64,000 nucleotides of DNA from Octopus vulgaris (taxonomy: Eukaryota): positions 38,006,001 through 38,070,000 of the forward strand of contig OX597835.1 in NCBI GenBank assembly GCA_951406725.2. The letters run 5' to 3'. The number at the start of each line of letters is the position of its first letter. The first letter of the stretch is position 1. The notes under the pieces were generated by a model that was not told where the DNA came from, searched no databases, and was given only the letters and a program-made list of their open reading frames with translations. Position numbers and translations under genes: made by a program. This document shows positions 40,388 through 55,713 of this stretch, piece after piece.

Positions 40388-41654
40388 CAGACATGCAGGA
40401 ATTTAATAGACACCTTTGATTTTGAAAATTTCTGATCTAAGCATCTTAATATGTTTTCAGCTGTTTAGAATTTACAATGTAATTATTCTTTTTCACCCCA
40501 GGTGCCATTATATTAAACATTTGCAAAGGGTAACCATGCCATGCACAAAAAATTCAGCTGATCTATCAGATTTTCAAAGAGGTCGTATTCTTGGGCAATC
40601 TAAGGCTGCTCTTAGCCAGTGAAAAATTGCCCAAAATCTTCAAATTCCTCTTGCTACTGTTAATAGAATTACAGTGCAATTCAAAAGCCAAGGAAAAGAA
40701 TCAACAGATTCTAGTCCCGGCCGACCTGGGCCCTCGGAAAGGAAGCTTCGCTGTTTGAAGAGAATTGTGGAAAACGAATCCCGTTCGAAGGCTTCTGACA
40801 TTGCAAACAGCTAGAAGTTAGTCCAATAACGCGTGTTACATATATCTATAAGCTTGGGTATTATGGACGAGCAGCTAGAAGAAAACCTCTCCTTCAACCA
40901 GTTAATATCATGAGAAGAAAGAAATGGGCAAAGGAGATGTCAGAAAAATCCTGTTCATTTTGGGATAGAGTGATTTTCTCAGATGAATCCAGATTTGCAT
41001 TATTTTCAGACAGTGGACGTGTTTGGGTCTGGAGGCTTCCCAATCAAGAATTTGATTTGAAACGACTCCAACCAACTGTGAAACATGGTGATATCTCTGT
41101 AATGGTATGGGGAGCTGTCACCAGCAATGGCCGTTCTGAGCTGATCAAATGTGTTGGAACCATAAACTCTGAAAAATACATCGAAATACTTAAGCAAGGA
41201 CTACTTCTGATGTATTCACACGATAACAACGAAAAATGAGTTTTTATTCATGGAAGATGGGTCTCCATGCTACACAGTGGAAAGGAATCAATGGCTGACT
41301 GAAAATGGGATCAAAAAGCTTCCTTGGCCGAGCCAATCTCCTGACATGAACCTAATTGAAAATCTTTGTAGCATACTTGATAGATCTATACGAAGATCTC
41401 GACAGAAACCTAAATCTAAAGATGAATTGTTTCGATTGTTGCGTGAAAAGTGGGCAGAAATTCCACAAGAGACAATCACAAAGCTCATCAGTTCAATACC
41501 AAAAAGTGTTTCTGAATTAAAAACTGCAAAGGGAATGTCAACTAAATACTAAAGTATGTAGTCCTACCTATTGAATACATTTCAATTGTTCACTTAGCGT
41601 ATCAAATAAAAGATTTTGAAAATTAAAGGTGTCTATTTACTTCCTGCATGTCTG
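40388..41654 (+). mobile_element. Second Tc1-family DNA transposon, both TIRs, inactivated
   Basis: TIRs CAGACATGCAGGAATTTAATAGACACCTTT / AAAGGTGTCTATTTACTTCCTGCATGTCTG in a (TA)n context. Confidence 0.95.
40536..41552 (+). pseudogene. Tc1 transposase pseudogene
   Basis: [56 protein letters not shown]; stops and frameshifts. Confidence 0.92.
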
Positions 41655-42202
41655 TGTATATACATATATATGTATATACACAGACATATATATATGTGTA
41701 TATATATATATATATATGTACGTATGTATTTATGTATGTGTGTGTGTTTGTGTTTACCCCACTCCACCGCACACTGTGTCATCACTTGACAACTGATGCT
41801 GTTGTGTTTATGTCTCCATAACCTAACAGATCAAGAAAATCTACCGATAGAATAAGTACTTGGCTTACATAGACTAATTCCTGGGGTTGGTTTCTTCAAC
41901 TAAAACCCCTTCAAGTTGGTGCTCCTGTATGGCCACATTCAACTGGCTGAAACAGTTAAAGGAAAATAAGAATGAAAGGATGTATATATAAATGTTTGTT
42001 TTTATTTTCAGTTATAACAGAAATAATTATACTTTAATCTCATGGGTCACTCTGTACTCTTTATTGTTCTTAAACGAGAATGTTGTTGATAGTGACTTTG
42101 AAGTTTCAACCAGTTAAGACATTGTCAAGGCTGGCTGTGATGGTTGAAACTTTGAAGTCCCTATCAACAACATTCTTGTATAAAATAATATATATACATA
42201 TA

Positions 42203-42493
42203 TATTATATATGAGGGCACTATTACACATAGATGCCTCATGCTAGGAGGGACTCTTAAAGTCAAAATTAGTAAAATACATAAACACATCGTACCAAAAC
42301 CGATTCTCGAAGCAGGTCATTTAAAAACAGAATTTAGCCACATATCACACTGTGGCAGCTAGATTCTGTTTTAAAATGACTTGCTTCGAGAATTGGTTTT
42401 GGTACGATGTGTTTATGTATTTTACTAGTTTTGACTTTAAGAGTCCATCCTAGCGTGAGGCATCTATGTGTAATAGTGCCCTCATATATAATA
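42203..42493. repeat. ~290-bp foldback palindrome in (TA)n
   Basis: TATGAGGGCACTATTACACATAGATGCCTC... / ...GAGGCATCTATGTGTAATAGTGCCCTCATA, with a short loop. Confidence 0.9.
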
Positions 42494-42609
42494 TAAATAA
42501 ATAAATTTAAAGGAAACAATTGATGGGTTTTTTTCTCTTATGAGGTTTTTCATGCTAACTACTTGATAAATTCTTATGAAGATTTTATCCTATTTTTAAA
42601 TTGTATATT

Positions 42610-42654
<45 letters not shown>

Positions 42655-42817
42655 GAGATAGGGGTTGAAAATTCAACCCACCATGGGATAATATATATCC
42701 AATATACTGCTAGATAGGTACCCAACAAAATTAATACATAGATGTTAAAAAATTGTCAAACAATCAGTTCATCTATTGTATTATATGGGTGAAGGTAATA
42801 ATATTACCGTAAATTAA

Positions 42818-43205
42818 TACTACAAAATTAGAGAATGGAGAAACATACTTAAATCAGTAAAACATCAACTATCCGATGATACTCAATCCATACTTTAATA
42901 CACCATTACATATGAGTAAAGGCAATATATAAAATGAAATGAGATATACAGTAATAGTAAAAAGATAAAGAGATATAAGTAAAAAATTTTCAAATATAAT
43001 ATACAAATAAATCAGAACTGACAGCTGTTTCGGCAGTGAGGACAGTCATACCTCATTTAACCTATAAGCCATAAAGGCAGGTATAAAATGAGGCATTAAC
43101 AAGGATGCCCCACGGCCTCTTGTGTATTAAAGTATGGATTGAGTATCATCGGATAGTTGATGTTTTACTGATTTAAGTATGTTTCTCCATTCTCTAATTT
43201 TGTAG

Positions 43206-43207
<2 letters not shown>
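42818..43207. repeat. Inverted repeat (~85-bp near-identical arms) enclosing a hammerhead 3' half
   Basis: 42818-42903 is the reverse complement of 43122-43207; the minus-strand loop has GGCC...GCCGAAACAGCTGTC. Confidence 0.85.
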
Positions 43208-43472
<265 letters not shown>

Positions 43473-43611
43473 AGCAATAAATCTCTGAGCGAGATGTAAA
43501 CAGTAGCAGCCCGAGATCGTGAAGTATATTTGCCACCTAAATGTGGCTGACTCATATGGGACAGTGCTACTGTAGTTTATAGCCCCAGGAAGACATCTCC
43601 TTCAGCTGGCT

Positions 43612-43965
43612 ATAATAACCTGTGCATATCTTCTTTTCGGGAACCAATTGCATGGCCGCCATGTACACCTGACTGCTGCCCAACATGTCTATTGAAATCA
43701 CCAGCCACAAAGATGAGGTTATTGTTGTTTGTCTTTATGTTAGCCTGCAGAAGAATTTCACAAAAGTGGTCCTTTTGTTCATTTGGTATACCTGCCTGGG
43801 CTGGGGACGGGGAAAGGACATAAGCAGAAATAGTTGTTGTTGTACTGCTCTGCAAAACTAGCTTATGCTTAAGTTGTCTGTTGCATGTTCTGACTACCTC
43901 AATGATCTTATCAACCCATCCCTTTGTGAGAAGTATGCCCACACCACCTACCATGTTACTATTAC
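43612..43965 (-). mobile_element. RTE-clade LINE AP-endonuclease fragment
   Basis: GGVGILL..WVDKIIEV...ISAY..Q.G....KD.F...VAGDFNRHVG...HGGHAIGSR, an RTE/BCNT-type endonuclease. Confidence 0.85.
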
Positions 43966-44376
43966 CTATATCTTTACTACCCACAAGGGGCTAAACACAG
44001 AGAGGACAAACAAGGACAGATATAACGGATTAAGTCGATTATATCGACCCCATTGTGTAACTGGTACTTATTTAATCGACCCCGAAAGGATGAAAGGCAA
44101 AGTCGACCTCGGTGGAATTTGAACTCACAACGTAATGGCAGATGAAATACCTATTTCTTTACTACCCACAAGGGGCTAAACAGAGAGGACAAACAAGGAC
44201 AGACAAATGGATTAAGTCGACTATATCGACCCCATTGTGTAACTGGTACTTATTTAATTGACCCCGAAAGGATGAAAGGCAAAGTCGACCTCAACGGAAT
44301 TTGAACTCAGAACGTAACGGCAGATGAAATACCGCTAAGCATTTTGCCCTGCATGCTACCGATTCTGCCAGCTCGC
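43965..44376 (-). mobile_element. SINE family 2 with a duplicated 3' module
   Basis: Reverse complement of 1826-2218; another copy at ~48362-48570(-). Confidence 0.82.
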
Positions 44377-44452
44377 CTACCTTCCCAGAAAATTTTACAC
44401 CTATATGTCTTGCCCATGAGGAACCTGACTGAAGCTCCCCTCCACACACACA

Positions 44453-45957
<1,505 letters not shown>

Positions 45958-46394
45958 TCCAGATGCTTCTACATAGTTTGCCTCTAAAATAATTCACTTA
46001 CAAATGATTGGTCAGCTGAATTTGAACTTGAGGCCACATGATTGGAAAGCAAAGGTCTTAACTACATAACCATATGCATGTGTTCATGAGTGTGTGTGTA
46101 AGAGTATGTGATTATATATATGTGTGAATATATCTATATCAATATATTCATTCCTGTCGAACTTTATCCCTAATTTTGTGGTTATAGAACCTACCTGTTC
46201 TTTCTAGCATGTTGAATCCCATGAGTGAATTCCTTATGAGTTTAAATGTACACTGTATTTTATGACTAATGCATAGTCTTTGGACTAAATTTTTACACGT
46301 TAGGGCACTGGAAATGAAAATTTCTATTAATTTCCATTTCCCTTTGATATGATTATATATATACATACACACACACACACACACATGTATAAAC

Positions 46395-46609
46395 AAGAGG
46401 TGCTGAAAAGGTCCTGGGCACTGGGTAAAAGAAAATATAGGAGGATCAGTGAATTATGATTTTATTCAACATATTCCCCTCTCAGATTCACACACAGTAA
46501 TTGCTGTGGTCCTTCAGTTTTACTAAAACCCTGTAAAAGAACTCGAAGGTTGGGCCTCTAACCAGGCATTTCGTGATACACTTAAAGCCAGGAACTTTTC
46601 AGCACCTCC

Positions 46610-46610
<1 letters not shown>
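46395..46610. mobile_element. mariner-like MITE
   Basis: TIRs GAGGTGCTGAAAAGGTCCTGG / CCAGGAACTTTTCAGCACCTC; second copy at 51624-51840. Confidence 0.8.
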
Positions 46611-46665
<55 letters not shown>

Positions 46666-47044
46666 TTTGGAATACTCATAGACACATGCATTCATATTAT
46701 GCATACACATAAATACATACATACATACACACACATACACACACATATATATATATATACACACATGCAGGAACTCATACACAAAACACACGCACAGAGA
46801 AAGTAACAAATACACGCATATGCATGTATACACACCCAGCACATACAAACATAGACACACACACACACATACATATACACATATACACACAAGCACATCA
46901 ACACACAGATCTACACACACATACAGATACACACAAACATACATATGCTGACATATATATATATATATATAATGTGACCTCGTGTGTACCGTTGGCGATT
47001 TTCTTTCCTCTGTCTTCCCTTCTCTGGATCTTTTCTTCTCTTAT

Positions 47045-47079
47045 GTTTCCGACGAAGAGCTCCGCTCGAAACGTTAAAC
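47045..47079 (+). ncRNA. Minimal hammerhead ribozyme motif
   Basis: gttt-CCGACGA-a-gagc tcc gctc-GAAA-cgt-TA-aac. A related degenerate copy lies at 11185-11220(-): CTGTAGA-agagc gtag gctc-GATA-cgt-TA. Confidence 0.65.
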
Positions 47080-47177
47080 TCTCCTTCTTTCCTTCTTTCC
47101 TGAGCGTCCAATAATACTATATTTGTTCCACATCCTCGCGTTGTTGTGTTTTTTCGTGCTTTCTTGTTTGGATTAAC

Positions 47178-47211
<34 letters not shown>

Positions 47212-47495
47212 TACATACGTGCATACACACACCAAATCATATAGACCCACATAAACACAACCCCCCCCCCCCCGGCACATATAAATACATACTGTGTGTG
47301 TGTACATATGTACATAGATAGATATCATCATTTATACACACACACACACATATACATATAGGTATATATATGTATGTATGTATGCTGAAAGCTATAGCTA
47401 TGTATTTGTGAAGGATAAAAACAAAGAGCTATTAAGTATGTGACAGAGAGAAAGAGAGAGAGAGAAACGTAGAGAATGCAAGCGAGAGAGCAACA

Positions 47496-47537
<42 letters not shown>

Positions 47538-49404
47538 CCTCTTCGTGTGTGTGTGTGTGTGTGTGTGTGTGGTTGCGTGCATGCCAGCAAATTGTATTGT
47601 TTATTCAGTTGCTTCATTTCCTGATAGTTGTTTATCACACATGGATATTGGATATCACATAGAATGGTGTGAACAGGATATTACCAGCACTTGATACCAC
47701 TAGCCTAACCCCCACCCCACCCCCATCCCCACTCCGCCCTCTTGTCTGGGATGGCGGCGGAGGGGGGATGGCATCGTTGGGTGTACAGATGTGTGTGTGA
47801 GCATATATATGAGTGCTTATGTGTGTGTGTGTGTATGTAGGTAGGTGTATATGTGTAAGTTTGTGTAAATTTATGTGTGTTGTGTGCATGATTATGTTTG
47901 CGTGTGTATCTATAAGTGCCAGTTGCTCTGTATGTGGGTGTGTCTGTTTGTACGAGTGTAGGTGTGTGTGCGTGCGTGTGTGTGTTTGTGTGTATGTGTA
48001 TGTATTTATATGAGTCAGTTTTTGTGTTTGTGTGGGGTCTGTATGATTTGGTGTGTGTATGCGTGTATATGTGTGTATATATATATATATATGTATGTAT
48101 GTCAGCATGTGTATGTTTGTGTGTATCTGTATGTGTGTGTAGATCTATGTGTTGATGTGCTTTTGTGTATATGTGTGTGTGTGTGTGTGTGTCTATGTTT
48201 GTATATGCTGGGTGTGTATACATGCATATGCGTGTATGTGTTACTGTCTCTGAGCATGTGTTTTGTGTATGAGTGCCTGCATGTGTGTGTGTGTGTGTAT
48301 ATGTATGTATGTGTATGTGTGTGTATGTGTATGTGTATGTGTGTGTGTGTGTGTATGTGTATTCTTTTCCTTTCTACTCTAGGCACAAGGCCTGAAATTT
48401 TGGGGGAAGGGTCAGCTGATTACATTGATACCCCCAGTACACAACTGGTACTTAATTTATTGACCCTGAAAGGATGAAAGGCAACGTCAATCTCAGCGGA
48501 ATTTGAACTCGGAACATAGGGACGGAAGAAATTTCGCCCTGCATGCTACCGTTTCTGCCAGCTCACCCGCTTTGTGTGTGTGTATGAGTACGTGTGTTTA
48601 AGTATACACGTGTGTGTATGTTTATGTTTGTCACATTAATATGAATATGTGTGTGTTTATGTGTCTATATATATGTATATGTGTACGTAAATGTGTGTGT
48701 GTGTGTGTGTAACTATGGCCAAGTCTATATTGTCGTGTGTGTGTGTGTGTGTGTGTGTATATGTTAGTTTACATCCATCACATATGTATGTATATATCTG
48801 TGTGTGTGTGTGTGTGTGAGTTTACATTCATATGTGTGTGCATGTATATATGTCAGTTTATATCCACTTCAAGTGTGTGTGTGTGTCCATGTGGATGAGT
48901 GTGTGAGTCATTTTACAGCCATTTTACAGCCATGAGTAAGTTTACAGCCATCACATGTGTGCGTATGTGTGTGTGTATGTTTATGTGTGTGTGTATGTTT
49001 TTGTGTGTGTGTATGTTTGTGTGTGTGTGTGTCTGCTTATGGCAAGGATCCAATTACAGCAATCAACTTCATTGTTTTCAATAACCAGTGTAGTAGTGGT
49101 GGTGGTGGTGGTGGTGGTGGTGGTAGAGGTGGTGGTGGTGGTGGTAGAGGTGGTGGTGGTGGTGGTGGTGGTAGTGTTGGTAATGGAGGCGGTGGTGGTG
49201 GTGGTGGTGGTGATGGTGGTGGTGGTGGTAGTGGTGGTGGTGGTAGTGGTGATGGTGGTGGTGATGGGGGGTGATGGGGGGGGGGGTGATGGTGGTGGTG
49301 ATGGTGGTGGTGGCGGCGGCAGTGGTGGTGGTGGTGGTGAAGTGACAATAAAACAAATATAAATATCCCTTTTTTTCTTCTTCCATCCATTCTACCAGAT
49401 TGCC

Positions 49405-49449
<45 letters not shown>

Positions 49450-50075
49450 CATGTGTGCATGCGTGCATGTTGGAGAATGTGCTTCAATCCCTGGTGATGA
49501 TGTAGCAAACTTCAGCGCCAGGATCCCCTACCTCGTAGTATTACTTCAGACTGTCTGCGATCTAGGTTCACATCTCCTCTAAGTCATCTTTGCCTTGCAC
49601 CACCCTTTCTGGGTAAGGAAATAGAACTACAAGCAATATGATGAGGATGATGTACCTATGTCAGAAATTATTCCAACCCCAGGTACTCTTAGTTCAAATC
49701 TCATTGAGGTCAACATTAAATTTCACCCTTTTGGAGTTGATAAGAGTTAAGTGGAGGCACATGGCTTAGTGGTTAGGGTGTTGGATATTGACATGTTGTG
49801 TTCTTGAGCAAAATACTTCATTTCACCATGCTCCACTCCACTCAGCTGTAGAAATGAGTTTAGCCTGGAGAGGGATGTCACCTTATCATTTTGTTTTTAA
49901 TACTACGTTTTCTAATCTACAATATGTAGATACTCTTAAAACATCTTGGTGATTGTTTGTCTCTGAATCCAGTCTGGCCCACCTTCCCAGCATGTACGTA
50001 TGTGTGTATTATGTATGTCTTTCTAGGCATATCATCATCATCATCGTTTTAGAAAAAGAAGACAATATATGATAT

Positions 50076-50116
<41 letters not shown>

Positions 50117-50119
<3 letters not shown>

Positions 50120-50535
50120 GCGCAGGAGTGGCTGTGTGGTAAGTAGCTTGTTTACCAACCACATGGTTCCGGGTTCAGGCCCACTGCGTGGCACCTTGGG
50201 CAAGTGTCTTCTACTATAGCCTCGGGCCGACCAAAGCCTTGTGAGTGGATTTGGTAGATGGAAACTGAAAAAGCCCGTCGTATATATGTATATATATATA
50301 TATATATGCGTGTGTGTGTTTGTGTGTCTGTGTTTGTCCCTCTAGCATTGCTTGACAACCGATGCTGGTGTGTTTATGTCCCCGTTACTTAGTGGTTCGG
50401 CAAAAGAGACCGATAGAATAAGTACTGGGCTTACAAAAGAATAAGTCCCGGGGTCGAGTTGCTCGATTAAAGGCGGTGCTCCAGCATGGCCGCAGTGAAA
50501 TGACTGAAACGAATAAAAGAGTAAAGAGTAAAAGA
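50117..50535 (+). mobile_element. tRNA-derived SINE family 1 (most intact copy)
   Basis: A/B-box-like head (TGGCTGTGTGGTAAG ... GGTTCAGGCCC), CORE-like CCTTGGGCAAGTG, internal (TA)/(TG) tract, AAAAGAGT tail. Other copies: ~1327-1731(-), 3485-3760(-), 9235-9645, 15760-16150, 16790-17185(-), 19118-19905 (two), 20180-20530, 21910-22285, 22298-23036, 26010-26230, 37730-38070(-), 41750-41975, 52730-53300(-), 53830-54115(-), 54247-54700, 60752-61130. Confidence 0.9.
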
Positions 50536-50568
<33 letters not shown>

Positions 50569-50729
50569 GGAGTAAAGTACATAAATGTGAAACAAGGTGA
50601 AAAAAGAGTACTCAAATACCAGAGGTGGAGTAATATGCTTTATTTAAAAGCAACAGAAATATAACAAAAGTTGTTGCTCAGAGTTTCACATTCCCATACG
50701 TTGGACAGTTTTGTTCTATTTTAACAAAA

Positions 50730-50767
50730 CTGTCCGACGAATGGGAACTTGAAACTCTGAGTAACAG
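50730..50767 (+). ncRNA. Hammerhead ribozyme motif in a foldback element
   Basis: ctgt-CCGACGA-atgggaactt-GAAA-ctc t gag-TA-acag; inverted copy at ~50672-50708. Confidence 0.6.
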
Positions 50768-50881
50768 CTTTTGTTATATTTCTGTTGCTTTTAAATAAAG
50801 TACATATATATATATATATATATATCGTATGTTGTGCTTATATATATATATATATGTATTTATGTTGACTCTTCTGTGTGT

Positions 50882-50940
50882 ATTCTACTGACGAGGCAAA
50901 GCATTCCTAAATGCAAAGTTAGAAATCCGGGACCAAGAAT
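50882..50940 (+). ncRNA. Degenerate hammerhead ribozyme motif
   Basis: attcta-CTGACGA-ggc..gcatt..aatgc..gtt-aGAAA-tcc g gga-CC-aagaat; the cleavage-triplet U is lost. Confidence 0.5.
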
Positions 50941-51170
50941 TATCCAGTAATTTTTTACTAGTTTCATCCTGTCTCTTTGTTTTCTCTCCGTGTTGATATA
51001 TGGACAATTACAGTGGTTTTAGAGTCAGATCATGGCTGCTATTTTCAGCATGGTGGTATCTCGTAGATACCCTAATTTATAATTTTAATAATTATTACCT
51101 TTGAAGGATCTTTTTTCCGGGCTGACCACTTGATAAAATCATTATTTTATTTTTAAATTAATGATCTTAT

Positions 51171-51233
<63 letters not shown>

Positions 51234-51236
<3 letters not shown>

Positions 51237-51474
51237 CCATAAATATTAGAGAGCCAACTATGAGTATGTTGACTCTATGTGCTAGACATAGACCCACCGG
51301 TCAAAGTCGCCGATTATAATTACACATAGAAATAGCACCACAGTCAACGCTATGAAATTAAATTACAACTAAAAATGGAATTATGTGGAATTATAATCGG
51401 CGACTTTGACCGGTGGGTCTATGTCTAGCACATAGAGTCAACATACTCATAGTTGGCTCTAATATTTACGGATA
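51234..51474. repeat. Foldback palindrome in (TA)n
   Basis: ~95-bp near-identical inverted arms (AGAGCCAACTATGAGTATG...CGATTATAATT). Confidence 0.9.
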
Positions 51475-51574
51475 AATATGAATTTGTATCCCCGGTTCTT
51501 TTGTGCTAGGTCGCTTGGTGTTAAAATAAGGGTATTATTAAATTAATATCTATAATTTTATTCACCCTCATTAT

Positions 51575-51616
<42 letters not shown>

Positions 51617-51623
51617 GTACATA

Positions 51624-51840
51624 CAAGAGGGTGCTGAAAAGATCCTGGCTTTAGGCAAAAGAATATACAAGCTGATCAGTTAATTATGATTTCATTCAGC
51701 ATATTCCCCTCTCAGAGTCACACACTTATTGCAGCGGTCCTTCAGTTTTTCTAAGCCCTGTAAAAGAACTTGGAATGCTGGAGCTCCAACTAGTCTTTCA
51801 CAATACCCTTAAAGCCAGGAACTTTTCAACACCCCCTCAT
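51624..51840. mobile_element. mariner-like MITE
   Basis: GAGGGTGCTGAAAAGATCCTGGCTTT ... AAAGCCAGGAACTTTTCAACACCCCCTC; homologous to 46395-46610. Confidence 0.8.
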
Positions 51841-51996
51841 ATATATACTACACTACACACACACAGATGTATATTATATATATATAGATGTATACATACA
51901 CATAGAGGGAGAAAGACAGATTATATGTGTGTCTGTATTTCTTTGTATATCTATACATATATATGTGTATATATATATATATGTTTTATATTTAAT

Positions 51997-52038
<42 letters not shown>

Positions 52039-52312
52039 ACACATACATACACACACATACATATATGTGCGTGTGTGTGTATGTAATAATAAACCCGTAG
52101 AGGCAGATATAGTTATTGAGGTAAAACCTAAATCAATGTCTCTGCTAAGTCATTATCGATAGAATCTTTTGAGTTGACAGTCTCTTTAATTGGATGTCAA
52201 GTTTGAACACCTATTATTTTACATCGATGGCCAATCATAGGTGGCAATCATATTACCTACATACATGCATGCATACATACATACATACATACATATATAT
52301 ATATATATATGC

Positions 52313-52360
<48 letters not shown>

Positions 52361-52385
52361 TTATACATATATATATAGATATATT

Positions 52386-52461
<76 letters not shown>

Positions 52462-53413
52462 TATGCATACATATATATGTGTATATATATATATATCTAT
52501 ATGTCTACATATATGTGTGTGTGTATGTATATACATTCATACATATGTGTATATATTTACATACATATACATACCTATATGTATATATGTGTGTTTGTGT
52601 ATACATTCACATACATATATGTGTCTACACACACACACACATATATATATATATGTGTGTATGTGTGTGTGTATATATATATACACACATATATATATAC
52701 ACACACCCACATATATTCACGTGTTATTATTTTACTCGTTTCAAGAACCTCGGCCATTCCGTGTTATTCTTTGAAGTGTTTAATCCAATAAATTGACTCT
52801 GGAACCAGTTTTGTTTATATCTGGTACTCATTCTCTTGACCTCACTTTCTTCAAGTTATAGGGATGTAAACAAACCAGTATTAGTTGCCAAGCTTTCAGA
52901 GACAAACACAAAACACACACACACAACACATACACACATGCATACAGACACATACTCTCTCTTTACTCTTTTACTTGTTTCAGTCATTTGACTTTGGCCA
53001 TGCTGGAGCACCGCCTTTAGTCGAGCAAATCGACCCAGGGACTTATTCTTTGTAAGCCCAAGATACCACGCAGTGGGACTGAACCCGAAACCATGTGGTT
53101 GGTAAGCAAGCTACTTACCACACAGCCACTCCTGCACCACACATGGTGGGCTTCCTAATAGTTTCTATTTACAAAAGTCATTCACAAGCTATTGGTTGGA
53201 CCTTGGCTTTAGCAGAAGGCACTTACCCAAGATGCCGTACAGTGATATTGAACTCAAAGCCTCATGGTTCTGAAACCAACTTTTAAAGAACACAGCCATT
53301 TGAGCCCCTGTATGTGTTTTGGCATTGGGCACCCTGCCCCTGGCCCTCAGCTCCTGGTAGTTTCATTAAGGTGCAGTCAACACATCCCACTTAACTTGAG
53401 AATTTTGTTTTAA

Positions 53414-53625
53414 CCCTTCGGCATTTAAACCAGCAATATCCAGCCAGAATATTGTACCTTGTTTCATGTTCAAACTGGCTAGGTCCAACCTCTCACACCT
53501 GCCCTGCAATGTCATTCTAAAAATAAACAATCACAGCATCAAAATCTTGAAGCTACGATTAATTCCAAGCAAAGTAAACAAATAAGCATTAAATCTGATA
53601 GAATAGGGTAGAATGACCATGGGAT
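53414..53625. mobile_element. piggyBac-like MITE (family A, reverse orientation)
   Basis: ttaa-CCCTTCGGCATTTAAACC; reverse complement of the family A body. Confidence 0.7.
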
Positions 53626-54246
53626 TACACCTAGAAAGTTCCCCTCTGAGGCACAAGTCCTGGCAGGTTTGTTTATGGAAGACCAGCAGTCACCCATGTA
53701 TACCGGCCTCTCCTCTCCATGTCACCGATGTTATCCAAGGGAAAGGCAAAGGCTGATACAGCTTGGCACCAGTGACGTCGCAACTCAATTCTACAGCTGA
53801 GTGAACTGGAGAAATGTGAAATAAAATATCTTTTGCCGAACCGCTAGGTTAGAGCGATGTAACACACCAGCATCGGTTGTCAAGTGAAGTTGGGGGGGGA
53901 CAAACACAGACACACACACACACACACACATATATATACATATACATATGTATGACAGGCTTCTTTCAGTTTGCATCTACCACATCCACTCACAAGGCTT
54001 TGGTCGGCCCGAGGCTATAGTAGAAGACACTTGCCCAAGGTGTCATGCAGTGGGACTGAACCCGTAACCATGTAGTTCGTAAGCAAGTGACTTACCACAC
54101 AGCCATTCCTGCACCTGTCTAATTATTTATTTTAAACAGTTATGAGAATATATATACATATATAAAGACTATGTATTACATACATAAATACCAGTAATTC
54201 CTAGAATAGAAAAAGAAAAAGAACAGTTTCTTACAGCTGTTATATA

Positions 54247-54434
54247 GGCACAGGAGTGGCTGTGAGGTAAGTAGCTTGCTTACCAACTGCATGGTTCCGG
54301 GTTCAGTCCCACTACATGACACCTTGGGCAAGTGTCTTCTACTATAGCCTTGGGCCGACCAACACCTTGTGAGTGGATTTGGTAGCCCGCCCCATATATG
54401 TATATGCATATATATATGTATATATATATATATT

Positions 54435-54500
<66 letters not shown>

Positions 54501-54700
54501 TCTGTGTTTGTTACCCCAACATCACTTGACAATCGATGCTGGTGTGTTTACGTCCCCATAACTTAGCAGTTTGGCAAAAGAGACCGATAGAATAAGTATT
54601 AGGCTTACAAAGAATAAGTCCTGGGGTTGATTTGCTCGACTAAAGACAGTGCACCAGCATGGCCGCAGTCAAATGACTGAAACAAGTAAAAGAGTAAAAT
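54247..54700 (+). mobile_element. SINE family 1 copy, head-to-head with the minus copy at 53830-54115
   Basis: Homology to 50117-50535. Confidence 0.88.
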
Positions 54701-55537
54701 GTTTTATATATTCTCGTACCGGTGGCACTTAAAAAAGCACTAACCGATCGTGGCCGTTGCCAGCCTCTCCTGGCACCTGTGCCGGTGGCACCTAAAAAGT
54801 ACCCACTACACTCACGGAGTGGTTGGCGTTAGGAAGGACATCCATCTGTAGAATCATTGCCAGATCAGACTGGAGCCTGGTGCAGCCTCCTGGCTTCCCA
54901 GACCCCAGTTGAACCGTCCAACCTGTGCTAGCATGGAGAACGGACGTTAAACAATGATGATTATGATGATGATGATGATGATGATACTTTACACTTAGTA
55001 ATTTGCAAGAACTGCAATTTTGTTCAATGTGCTGACTGATATGTTCCAGTCAACTGAAAGATCAAATGAATGAGTTCTCGGCTCTGTTATATAAATCCTT
55101 ATTATAAAAATCATGCATTTATAGTCAACCACTCATAAAAGGAAAGACTACTTTTGTTTGTGATATTAATTGGAAACTTATACCAACAAAATTTGGCTTC
55201 TCTCTTAAACTTCCAAATTAGTTGATACTTCGTTTTCCATAATTGTCTCATTATGCTATTATTATCATTAGCTGTAGCTTTATGTTTAATCATAATTGTA
55301 CTTTCTAATTAAACGGTTGTCTACTGCTTAATTTTCTTTTGTGAAGATGTTTGAAATATCTCTTCCTGAAGTGCTCTAGAATTTGAACCAGATTCAACAG
55401 ATATATTATTTTTATGCAGGAGAAATTGAATTATTCATTCTTGAAGAGGATTAATCTAAACACTAGACTTTTCCAATAAATATTATGAAAGAAAGAACTG
55501 ATTCTATCTTTTGCTTTCTTTTCGGATTGACTTGCAG

Positions 55538-55713
55538 GCAGACATGTTGCCAGTGAAGTTAGCCATTTACTATTGAAGCTTATACCAGCGAGTCTTTTCC
55601 CAATAGTGATCAATGAAACAATCATTGCGGCAACGAACAACAAACCATTGCTTGAATCCAGCTTAGACACAGAACACAGCTTTTGTTGCCTTGCATGGAT
55701 TAAGCAACTTTGA
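55538..55713 (+). CDS. Candidate terminal exon in a unique-sequence island
   Basis: A long polypyrimidine acceptor (tcttttgctttcttttcggattgacttgcag|) is followed by the open frame RHVASEVSHLLLKLIPASLFPIVINETIIAATNNKPLLESSLDTEHSFCCLAWIKQL*. The antisense frame is also open and no homology is recognised. Confidence 0.2.
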
